Assembly: GCA_964565725.1 (NCBI GenBank)
Contig: CAZMGA010000002.1
Coordinates: 14,481-46,480 of the forward strand
Direction: 5' to 3'
DNA length: 32,000 nt
Origin: an uncultured archaeon
GTDB taxonomy: Archaea > Iainarchaeota > Iainarchaeia > Iainarchaeales > 0-14-0-20-30-16
A model generated the notes under the pieces. It saw nothing but the letters and a program-made list of their open reading frames with translations, was not told the origin of the DNA and did no database searches. This document shows, piece after piece, positions 25,102 through 31,917 of this stretch (its first letter is position 1; each line of letters begins with the position of its first letter). Position numbers and translations under genes: made by a program.

Positions 25102-26274
25102 ATGGAGTATTCTTATTCTAGATTAACTACATTTGATAATTGTCCTTTGCAGTATAAATTTAGTTATGTTTTAAAAGAAGCTAAAGATTTTGAGAATTCT
25201 ATTGAAGCATTTATGGGTTCTAGGGTTCACGAAGCATTAGAAGAATTATATAAAAAGCAAAAATTAAATACTGTTATGACTTTGGAAGAAGTTTTAAATA
25301 TTTATAAAAAAAATTGGAATGATAAAAATAATGATAATATAAAAATAATAAAAAAAGAATTAAACAAAAAAAATTATTTTGATTTGGGTATAAAATATTT
25401 AACTAATTATTATAATAGATTTAAACCTTTTGATTCAGAATACACAGTAGGTTTAGAAATGGAAATAAAATTAGATTTAAACAATGATGGTAAGTATTTG
25501 TTAATTGGATATATAGATAGATTATCTATGAAGGATAATGTTTATTATATTCACGATTACAAAACTTCTAGTATATTACCAACAAATGAAGAAATTAATA
25601 AAAACAAACAGTTAGCGTTATATGCTATGGCTATAAAACAAATGTATCAAAATGTAAAAAAAGTTATACTAATATGGCATTATTTGGCTTTTGATACCGA
25701 TTTAATTGTAGAAAAAGAAGAAAATGATTATGAATTAATAAGAAAACAAACAATTGAAAAAATAAATGCTATTGAAAATTTAGAAAATGGAAATTATTTA
25801 CCAAAAGAATCTACTCTTTGTGAATGGTGTGCTTATGCCTCTAAATGTCCTATGAAAAAACATAATTTTAAAGTAAAACAATTTACTTTAGAAGAATATA
25901 ATTTAGATTATGGTGTAAAGTTAGTTGAAAAATATTCAGAATTAGAAGAGAAAAAAAATAAAATAATAAATGAAATCAAAGAATTGGATGAAAAAATATT
26001 AGAATATTCTAAAGTAAATAAATTAAAAAAAATCGTAAGTAATAATAATTCTATAACTATTTATGAAACTGATAATTATTCTATACCTACAAAAGGAACT
26101 CCAAAATATGAAGAATTAAAAAATATTGTTAAGGAAAATTATCCAGAATTATTGTGTATAGATAACTATTATTTAACTAAAAATTTAAATATAGGTTTAA
26201 TAAATGATAATGTATATAATAATATTATGAAATTAGTTGAAAAAAAACAATTTTTTAAAATTTATTTTAAGTGA
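25102..26274 (+). CDS. PD-(D/E)XK nuclease, Cas4/AddB-like with 4-Cys Fe-S motif and about 130-aa C-terminal extension
   Basis: N-terminal Cys (FDNCPLQYKF). GYIDRL...IHDYKTS (D..D/E-x-K). QLALYA (QxxxY). CEWCAYASKC (C-x2-C-x5-C). Then a coiled-coil plus an uncharacterised domain. ATG 25102 follows AGTGA. Confidence 0.75.
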   Translation: MEYSYSRLTTFDNCPLQYKFSYVLKEAKDFENSIEAFMGSRVHEALEELYKKQKLNTVMTLEEVLNIYKKNWNDKNNDNIKIIKKELNKKNYFDLGIKYLTNYYNRFKPFDSEYTVGLEMEIKLDLNNDGKYLLIGYIDRLSMKDNVYYIHDYKTSSILPTNEEINKNKQLALYAMAIKQMYQNVKKVILIWHYLAFDTDLIVEKEENDYELIRKQTIEKINAIENLENGNYLPKESTLCEWCAYASKCPMKKHNFKVKQFTLEEYNLDYGVKLVEKYSELEEKKNKIINEIKELDEKILEYSKVNKLKKIVSNNNSITIYETDNYSIPTKGTPKYEELKNIVKENYPELLCIDNYYLTKNLNIGLINDNVYNNIMKLVEKKQFFKIYFK

Positions 26275-26280
26275 TGTAAA

Positions 26281-27192
26281 ATGTATGATTTGATTGTTGT
26301 TGGATTGGGCCCTGGAGCATATTCTACTGGAATTTATGCTACACGTTATAATTTAAATACTTTATTAATTGGAGAAGTTCATGGTGGTTTAATGGGTTTA
26401 ACTCATAGAGTTGACAATTATCCTGGTTTGCCTGAATTATCTGGTTTAGAAATTGCAGATAAAATGCGAGATCATTATTTAAGTTTAAATGGAAATATAA
26501 AATTTGGTACAATAGTAAATATTGTAAAAAAAGACAATTATTTTGAATTGCAAACAAATACTAATGAAATTTTACAATCAAAATCAGTAGTAATTGCTAC
26601 TGGAACTGTAAGGAGAAAATTAAATATTATAGGGGAAGATAAATTTTTTGGAAGAGGTGTGAGTTATTGTGCTACTTGTGATGCTAATTTTTTTAAAAAT
26701 AAAATTGTTGCAGTTATAGGTGGTGGGGATACTGCTTTTATATCTAGTTTACATTTAAAACAATTTGCAAATAAAGTTTATTTGATTCATAGAAGAGATG
26801 AATTTAGAGCGCAACCCGCTTTAATAAACGAAGCAAAAAAAGAAGGTATTGAATTTATATTAAATGCTAATGTAAAAGAAATAAAAGGTAAATTAAAAGT
26901 AGAATCTATGTTATTAGATGTTAATGGCAAAGAATCAGAATTAAAAATTGAAGGTTTATTTATAGAAATAGGTAATGTTCCAGTAACTAGCTTTTTAAAG
27001 GATTTAAATATTGAATTTGATGAACAAAAGTATATAAAAGTTAATAATGATGCATCTACAAATATAGAAGGTTTATTTGCAGTTGGAGATTGTACAAACG
27101 GTATGAATAATTTTAAACAAATTATTACTGCTGCGGGTATGGGCGCAGTAGCTGCGGAATCTATATATGTATATTTAAAAAAATTAAAATAA
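26281..27192 (+). CDS. trxB: Thioredoxin reductase (low-Mr type)
   Basis: VVGLGPGAY (FAD), the CATCD redox centre, GGGDTA and HRRDEFRA (NADPH), and a C-terminal GDC..G...Q motif. Confidence 0.9.
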   Translation: MYDLIVVGLGPGAYSTGIYATRYNLNTLLIGEVHGGLMGLTHRVDNYPGLPELSGLEIADKMRDHYLSLNGNIKFGTIVNIVKKDNYFELQTNTNEILQSKSVVIATGTVRRKLNIIGEDKFFGRGVSYCATCDANFFKNKIVAVIGGGDTAFISSLHLKQFANKVYLIHRRDEFRAQPALINEAKKEGIEFILNANVKEIKGKLKVESMLLDVNGKESELKIEGLFIEIGNVPVTSFLKDLNIEFDEQKYIKVNNDASTNIEGLFAVGDCTNGMNNFKQIITAAGMGAVAAESIYVYLKKLK

Positions 27193-27204
27193 TTTTTTAG
27201 ATTT

Positions 27205-27432
27205 TTATAATCTTGGTTTTCTTCTAAAAAATTCTTTTATTTTTTGTATTCTTTGTTTTCTTTTTGCTTTGACTAAGTCTTTTTTTTGTTGTTTTTTGAG
27301 AATTTCTCTTTTTAGTGCATTTTTAAAATCTTCATTTGTTGCTCCTTCTGGTAATGTTATTGTAAAATCACCGTGGATTGTATGATAATTTGTAGTTATA
27401 AGCCTATTACTAATTTTTTTTAATTCTGCCAT
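27205..27432 (-). CDS. Hypothetical small basic protein (75 aa)
   Basis: GGTGAT SD before the ATG. A short beta-like FTITLPE is followed by helices and a very basic tail (KAKRKQRIQKIKEFFRRKPRL). No family was recognised; an RHH-like fold is only a guess. Confidence 0.5.
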   Translation of the reverse strand: MAELKKISNRLITTNYHTIHGDFTITLPEGATNEDFKNALKREILKKQQKKDLVKAKRKQRIQKIKEFFRRKPRL

Positions 27433-27482
27433 AAAATCACCAATTAAATTAGATTGAAAGTATTTATATAGTTATTTTAATT

Positions 27483-27522
27483 AAAAAAAATATAAATAAA
27501 AAAAAGAAAGGGAAAACCCTTT
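27483..27522 (-). terminator. Hairpin plus long T-tract terminator downstream of the CxxC-x17-CxxC gene
   Basis: On the minus strand, AAAGGG-TTTT-CCCTTT (27507-27522) is followed by a long T-rich run (plus-strand A-run 27483-27506). Confidence 0.55.
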
Positions 27523-27546
27523 TAAAAATAATAAGTATTTAAGTAT

Positions 27547-27759
27547 TTAGTATTCTTCATCTTCATTATTTTCTTTACTATAGCTTTTTCCACCATTTTT
27601 CTTTTTAAAGTAGCATTCTTTACAATAAACTGGTAATCCTTCTTTTGGTTTGAAAGGAACTTCTGTTTCTTTTCCACATTCGCTACAAGTTGCTTTATAC
27701 ATTTGTCTTTGGTAATTTCCTCTGAAATTACTTCTATTATCGTCTCTATTATATGACAT
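27547..27759 (-). CDS. CxxC-x17-CxxC zinc-ribbon protein with Arg/Asn-rich N-terminus and acidic tail
   Basis: 70 aa. CSEC-17 residues-CKEC spacing was counted by hand and matches the CxxC-x17-CxxC domain family (TIGR04272-type). AGGAGA SD. Confidence 0.7.
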   Translation of the reverse strand: MSYNRDDNRSNFRGNYQRQMYKATCSECGKETEVPFKPKEGLPVYCKECYFKKKNGGKSYSKENNEDEEY

Positions 27760-27781
27760 TTTTATTCATTCTCCTTTATAT

Positions 27782-27798
27782 TACTTGAATTTCAAGTA
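27782..27798. promoter_or_regulatory. Perfect palindrome TACTTGAA-T-TTCAAGTA in the divergent intergenic region
   Basis: 8-bp arms with a 1-nt spacer. It lies about 23-39 nt upstream of the minus-strand ATG (27759), near the expected TSS or 5' UTR of that gene. Confidence 0.45.
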
Positions 27799-27811
27799 CT
27801 AAATAATCTAT

Positions 27812-27849
27812 ATCTAACTATATATAAATGTATGTGTTTTTAGTTAGAT
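27812..27849. promoter_or_regulatory. 9-bp inverted repeat bracketing a TATA element (candidate operator plus bidirectional promoter core)
   Basis: ATCTAACTA (27812-27820) and TAGTTAGAT (27841-27849) flank TATATAAATGTATGTGTTTT. TATATAAA lies about 60 nt upstream of the SOD ATG 27886. Confidence 0.45.
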
Positions 27850-27885
27850 TTATATTCTTTAATATTGTCTATTAATAGTGATTTT

Positions 27886-28464
27886 ATGTATGATATTAAG
27901 GATTATAGTTATTTAAAAGGAATAAAAGGAATATCTGATAAATTATTGGAAAACCATTTTATATTATATAAAGGATATGTTAATAATACTAATAAATTTT
28001 TGTCTACATTAAAACAAGCAGATAAATCTAGTTTAGAGTATTTTGAATTAATCAGAAGGTTTGCTTGGGAATTTAATGGCATGAGATTACATGAATTATA
28101 TTTTGAAAACTTATCTATAAATCCTATATCTTTTGATGAAAATTCTGATTTTGGTAAATTAATTATTAATCAATTTAGTTCTTTTGAAAATTTTGAAAAA
28201 GAATTTAAATCCTTAACAGCTATAAGAGGTATAGGTTGGGTTATACTAGTTTATGATCCTATGCAAAAAAAATTATTAAATATTTGGGTAAACGAACATA
28301 ATTCAGGATTATTAGTAGGTACTATTCCTTTATTAATTATTGATGTTTTTGAACATTCATATATGATTGATTATGGATTAAATAAAATGGAATATGTAAA
28401 TATAATATTTAAGTCTATTGATTGGAAAATAGTTGAAAAAAGATTTAAGGGTAATTATGAATAA
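27886..28464 (+). CDS. sod: Fe/Mn superoxide dismutase
   Basis: Metal ligand contexts are present: LENHF, RLHELYF and IDVFEHSYMIDY (D and H). GIGWVILV is also present. ATG 27886 follows AGTGA; the track TTG 27865 is rejected. Confidence 0.85.
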   Translation: MYDIKDYSYLKGIKGISDKLLENHFILYKGYVNNTNKFLSTLKQADKSSLEYFELIRRFAWEFNGMRLHELYFENLSINPISFDENSDFGKLIINQFSSFENFEKEFKSLTAIRGIGWVILVYDPMQKKLLNIWVNEHNSGLLVGTIPLLIIDVFEHSYMIDYGLNKMEYVNIIFKSIDWKIVEKRFKGNYE

Positions 28465-29071
28465 TATTTTAAAAGATATAACATCTTTACAAAAAACAAA
28501 TGTAAAAAAAATAATAGATACTAAAATAAAAGAATTTGAATCTTTTAAATTTAGTTCAAATGAATTGTTATTTCAAGAACTATGTTTTTGTTTGATGGCT
28601 GCAAATTTTAATGCTGAAAAATCTTTAAATATACAAAATATTTTGCAAAATAAATTAATGCTTTTATCAGAAGATAAATTAGCAAATAAATTAAAAGAAT
28701 TAGGTCATAGATTTCCAAATACTCGGGCAAAATATATTGTAGAAGCAAGAAAAAATATTGATAATTTAAATAATCTTTATAAAATTGATAATCCTAGAAA
28801 TTGGTTAGTTAAAAATATAAAAGGACTGGGTTTGAAAGAAGCAAGTCATTTTTTAAGAAATATAGGTATTTTTGATTACGCCATAGTAGATTTTCATATT
28901 GTTGATTTATTGGTTAAAAGTAATTTAATAATTAAACCAAAAACTATTACTCCTAAAATATATCTAAATGTAGAAAATATTTTAAGAAATATATCTAAAA
29001 AAATAAATTTAAGTTTAGGAGAATTAGATTTATATTTATGGTATATTGAAACTGGAAAAGTTATAAAATAA
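28457..29071 (+). CDS. ogg: 8-oxoguanine DNA glycosylase/AP lyase (archaeal Ogg2-type, HhH-GPD)
   Basis: About 204 aa. FCLMAANF, GLGLKEASHFLRNIG and AIVDFHI motifs (Lys and Asp of HhH-GPD). ATG 28457 overlaps the SOD stop (ATGAATAA). Confidence 0.8.
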   Translation: MNNILKDITSLQKTNVKKIIDTKIKEFESFKFSSNELLFQELCFCLMAANFNAEKSLNIQNILQNKLMLLSEDKLANKLKELGHRFPNTRAKYIVEARKNIDNLNNLYKIDNPRNWLVKNIKGLGLKEASHFLRNIGIFDYAIVDFHIVDLLVKSNLIIKPKTITPKIYLNVENILRNISKKINLSLGELDLYLWYIETGKVIK

Positions 29072-29163
29072 TTTTATTACTTTTAAAAATTAATATTAAT
29101 CTAATTTATTTATGTAATTAATAAAAAAAGTAAGGTTTATATTTTCTTTAATGTAATATAATT

Positions 29164-30006
29164 ATGATTTCTAAACCTTTAAGAAGAAAGGTATCTCAAA
29201 TAATTAGAAAAAATTTACGTAAAAATAGAGATACTATATTACCTTTATCATTTTTGATAGAAAAACATAGATCAAAAAATAGAACTTATAGAGATACTAG
29301 GGATCTAAAACAAATTAATAAAGAGTTTCATAATTTTGGTATTGTAGATTTTAATAAAATAGTAAATCGTGTGATGCGTTTAAATCCAAATAAAAAAATT
29401 AAATTTTTAGATGTGGGGGCAGGACAAGGTAAATTAGCACATGATTTAGAAAAATATAGAGATGCATCAAATAATCCTTTATTTGAATATCATGGCATAG
29501 ATTTAAAACCAAAAGAAATTAAATATAATGGAGAAAAAAAATTAATTTCTTCGTTAGATATTCAAAGAGAAAGATTGCAAAGAGAACAATTTAATATGGT
29601 TTTAGCAATGAATTCTTTTCAATATGTTGGAGATAAATTAAGAGCTTTAGAAAATATGATAAATTCTTTAAAAGTAAATGGAATTTTAATAATTTCTCCT
29701 TTAGGTCATATAAAAACGAGCAATAATAATATATTAAGTCAAGGAGCTTATTATAATTCAAATTATAATTATTACCATGAGTTATTTTCTTCTATTCCTA
29801 ATATAAAATATGTTTTAAGTAATAGTGGCGCTTTGATTATATTAAAAACAGGTTCAGGAGATGTTAATTTTAAATATGATTTTGTAGGAGCCTCAACTGT
29901 AAAAGAAAAACGCACATTATCTGATTTTAAAAATAATATTACTAATATAGGCACAGAATTAGTTGGAAAGTATGTTCCTAATTCAAATAGAAAATCTAAA
30001 TGGTAA
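29164..30006 (+). CDS. Class I SAM-dependent methyltransferase, substrate unknown
   Basis: FLDVGAGQGKLAHDL (motif I), GIDLKP (motif II) and MVLAMNSFQYV (motif III/IV). Basic N-terminus. No SD and an A/T box about 24 nt upstream, so possibly leaderless. Confidence 0.7.
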   Translation: MISKPLRRKVSQIIRKNLRKNRDTILPLSFLIEKHRSKNRTYRDTRDLKQINKEFHNFGIVDFNKIVNRVMRLNPNKKIKFLDVGAGQGKLAHDLEKYRDASNNPLFEYHGIDLKPKEIKYNGEKKLISSLDIQRERLQREQFNMVLAMNSFQYVGDKLRALENMINSLKVNGILIISPLGHIKTSNNNILSQGAYYNSNYNYYHELFSSIPNIKYVLSNSGALIILKTGSGDVNFKYDFVGASTVKEKRTLSDFKNNITNIGTELVGKYVPNSNRKSKW

Positions 30007-30010
30007 AATT

Positions 30011-30169
30011 TTAACCCATATATTCTTTTTTACATTTATCTGAACAGAATCTTCTACCAAAAGGTCCTTCTGGGTTTTCTATTGGTTTTCCACAGTTCAT
30101 ACATTTAGGTATAATTTTTTCTTCTCTTGTTTTTAATATACTAGTTTTAACATTTTTTAATACATTCAT
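30011..30169 (-). CDS. Mini zinc-finger protein, paralog 1 (52 aa; C-x2-C-x15-C-x3-C, FCS-type), missed by ORF track
   Basis: Hand translation: MNVLKNVKTSILKTREEKIIPKCMNCGKPIENPEGPFGRRFCSDKCKKEYMG. GGTGGG SD 4 nt before the ATG. Confidence 0.7.
   Translation of the reverse strand: MNVLKNVKTSILKTREEKIIPKCMNCGKPIENPEGPFGRRFCSDKCKKEYMG
30057..30107. repeat. Direct repeat copy A (conserved core of zinc-finger paralogs)
   Basis: Matches 30239-30289 at about 44 of 51 positions by hand alignment. This includes an identical 23-nt run, AAGGTCCTTCTGGGTTTTCTATT. Confidence 0.8.
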
Positions 30170-30192
30170 TTTCCCACCATCCACCCTTTTAA

Positions 30193-30345
30193 TTATTTAA
30201 AATATGCTAATTTACAATCTTCACTACAAAATCTTTTTCCATAAGGTCCTTCTGGGTTTTCTATTTTTTTCCCACAATTTAAACATTTATATTCTATTTT
30301 TGGAACACTACTTCTTAAATTTCTTATTCCTAAAGTTATGTCCAT
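30193..30345 (-). CDS. Mini zinc-finger protein, paralog 2 (50 aa; C-x2-C-x15-C-x3-C, FCS-type), missed by ORF track
   Basis: Hand translation: MDITLGIRNLRSSVPKIEYKCLNCGKKIENPEGPYGKRFCSEDCKLAYFK. AAGGTGA SD before the ATG and a TATA-like ATATATATTTA further upstream. Confidence 0.7.
   Translation of the reverse strand: MDITLGIRNLRSSVPKIEYKCLNCGKKIENPEGPYGKRFCSEDCKLAYFK
30239..30289. repeat. Direct repeat copy B (conserved core of zinc-finger paralogs)
   Basis: See copy A. The two copies are offset by 182 nt. Confidence 0.8.
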
Positions 30346-30390
30346 AATCTCACCTTAATTATAATAAGTAAAATCAATTTAAATATATAT

Positions 30391-30783
30391 CTAATGAAGT
30401 TCGTTTTTTATTTTTTCTAATATTTTTATTAGTTTATTACTATCCATAGGTTTTGCTTTTTCTGTATTTAATTGATTACCTTGAGTTAATGGAACTAAAT
30501 GAATATGAATGTGAGGAACACTAAAACCTTCTATTATTAAACCTATTCTTTCTGCATTTGTTGCTTTTAATAATGATTTAGAAATTTTTTTAGCTTCTAA
30601 AAGTAAATCAGAATATTCTTTGTCTGATAAATCAAAAATGTAATCATTATGTAATTTTGGAATTAATAGGGTATGCCCTTCAGTTATTGGGTTAATATCT
30701 AAAAAACAAAAAAATTTATTATTTTCATAAATTTTATAACTTGGTATTTCCCCTTTTATAATTTTACAAAATATACAATCCAT
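30391..30783 (-). CDS. HIT family (histidine triad) nucleotide hydrolase/transferase
   Basis: 130 aa: CIFCKII.GEIP, ..DINPITEGHTLLIPK and the HIHIHLVP histidine triad. AGTGAT SD. Confidence 0.88.
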   Translation of the reverse strand: MDCIFCKIIKGEIPSYKIYENNKFFCFLDINPITEGHTLLIPKLHNDYIFDLSDKEYSDLLLEAKKISKSLLKATNAERIGLIIEGFSVPHIHIHLVPLTQGNQLNTEKAKPMDSNKLIKILEKIKNELH

Positions 30784-30787
30784 ATAA

Positions 30788-31195
30788 TCACTTTAAACGA
30801 ACCATATAAATTATACTTGAAATTAATAATGTTAATAAAATTATAATTGATATAATTATTGATGCATAGATATTGTATATAATCGCAAATACAAATGCAA
30901 ATAATGCTCCAAAAATAAGAATTAAAGCCATAATTTTAACCCATAATGGTTTTTTAACAAAAAATTTATTTTTTTTAACTTCTTGTTTTATTTTTTTTGA
31001 TTCTTTTTTATAATCTAATATTTTAGTTTCAGGAAACTCATTTGCAAAATAATTACAATCCTTGCATCTATATTGTCTTGTATAATAATCTGTGTAATAT
31101 GATATATTTTTACTACCACAATTTGGACATATTCTTATATATTCCTTATCCACTATAGACTCTTTGTTTTTTTTAGTCTTATTCTTTTTTATCAT
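30788..31195 (-). CDS. Zinc-ribbon membrane protein (hypothetical)
   Basis: 135 aa. CPNCGS...CKDCNY ribbon, a Lys-rich linker, then two hydrophobic helices. GGTGAT SD. 17-nt overlap with the upstream HAD-like gene. Confidence 0.6.
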   Translation of the reverse strand: MIKKNKTKKNKESIVDKEYIRICPNCGSKNISYYTDYYTRQYRCKDCNYFANEFPETKILDYKKESKKIKQEVKKNKFFVKKPLWVKIMALILIFGALFAFVFAIIYNIYASIIISIIILLTLLISSIIYMVRLK

Positions 31196-31796
31196 TTAAT
31201 ATCACCATTTTCTTTTCCAATTCGTCAATATCTTTAAAATATATAGTTTTAAAACCTAATTTTTTTGCTGGTATTATATCTCTTTTCCTATTATTACTTA
31301 CAAAAATGATGTTTTTAGAAATTTCATCACTTAATTTAACCATGCTTTCAAAAGCTTTTATATCTGGTTTTAAAACATTCAAATCATAAGAATACAAAGG
31401 GTAATCTATATAATTTAATAATTTTGTTTCTTGTTTTAACAAATTAATTGTAAATATGCTCACATTAGATAATATCCCTATTTTAAAATTCTGTTTTTTT
31501 AAATTTTGTAATAATTTAATAATTTTAGGGTCTAAATTAATAGTAATTAGATTTTTGTTAGATATATTTGTAATTTTGTTAATTGTTTCTTCATTATTTG
31601 ATAAAAACACTTTGCTACATAATTCTTTAAACGCCTCATTTTTTGAATTCCAAGATTTAGTATAATAAATTTCTTCAAATTTTCTTTTAAAAACAGGAAA
31701 ATCTTCTATTTTAAACTCTTTTGCTAAAATTTTAATTAGATCTTTACCTTTTATTTTTATTAAGCTATTTAAATTAAAAAATATAATTTTATTCAT
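31179..31796 (-). CDS. HAD-superfamily-like protein with Asn replacing catalytic Asp residues
   Basis: 205 aa. Motif I is IIFFNLNSL (expected DxDxT). Motif II is GILSN. Motif III is LKPDIKAFE. Motif IV is IFVSNNRKRDI (expected GDxxxD). Confidence 0.6.
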   Translation of the reverse strand: MNKIIFFNLNSLIKIKGKDLIKILAKEFKIEDFPVFKRKFEEIYYTKSWNSKNEAFKELCSKVFLSNNEETINKITNISNKNLITINLDPKIIKLLQNLKKQNFKIGILSNVSIFTINLLKQETKLLNYIDYPLYSYDLNVLKPDIKAFESMVKLSDEISKNIIFVSNNRKRDIIPAKKLGFKTIYFKDIDELEKKMVILNDKKE

Positions 31797-31917
31797 AGTA
31801 AAGTAAAATCCTAAAAGTTTAAATAATAATCACTTTTAAACAATTTTAACATAACATTTATAAATTATTAATTTATATTATAATAAAGTTTAAAGATATA
31901 TTAATGAAGGGATTTAT

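Noticed and set aside
26339-26557. Minus-strand 72-aa ORF inside trxB, and likewise 29772-29954 (-) inside the methyltransferase and 31456-31665 (+) inside the HAD-like gene
   Set aside because: These are antisense ORFs within genes that have clear family motifs. Their composition is typical of AT-rich antisense frames.
30006-30011. Convergent methyltransferase and zinc-finger genes end only 4 nt apart
   Set aside because: This is noted as a sign of compaction, since transcripts must overlap or terminate inside the neighbouring gene. No specific structure or motif supports any further functional claim.
31813-31841. 7-bp inverted repeat GTTTAAA...TTTAAAC in the HAD/secreted-protein divergent spacer
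   Set aside because: It is short and made only of A/T-rich low-complexity sequence, with alternative registers. It is expected by chance in DNA of this composition.
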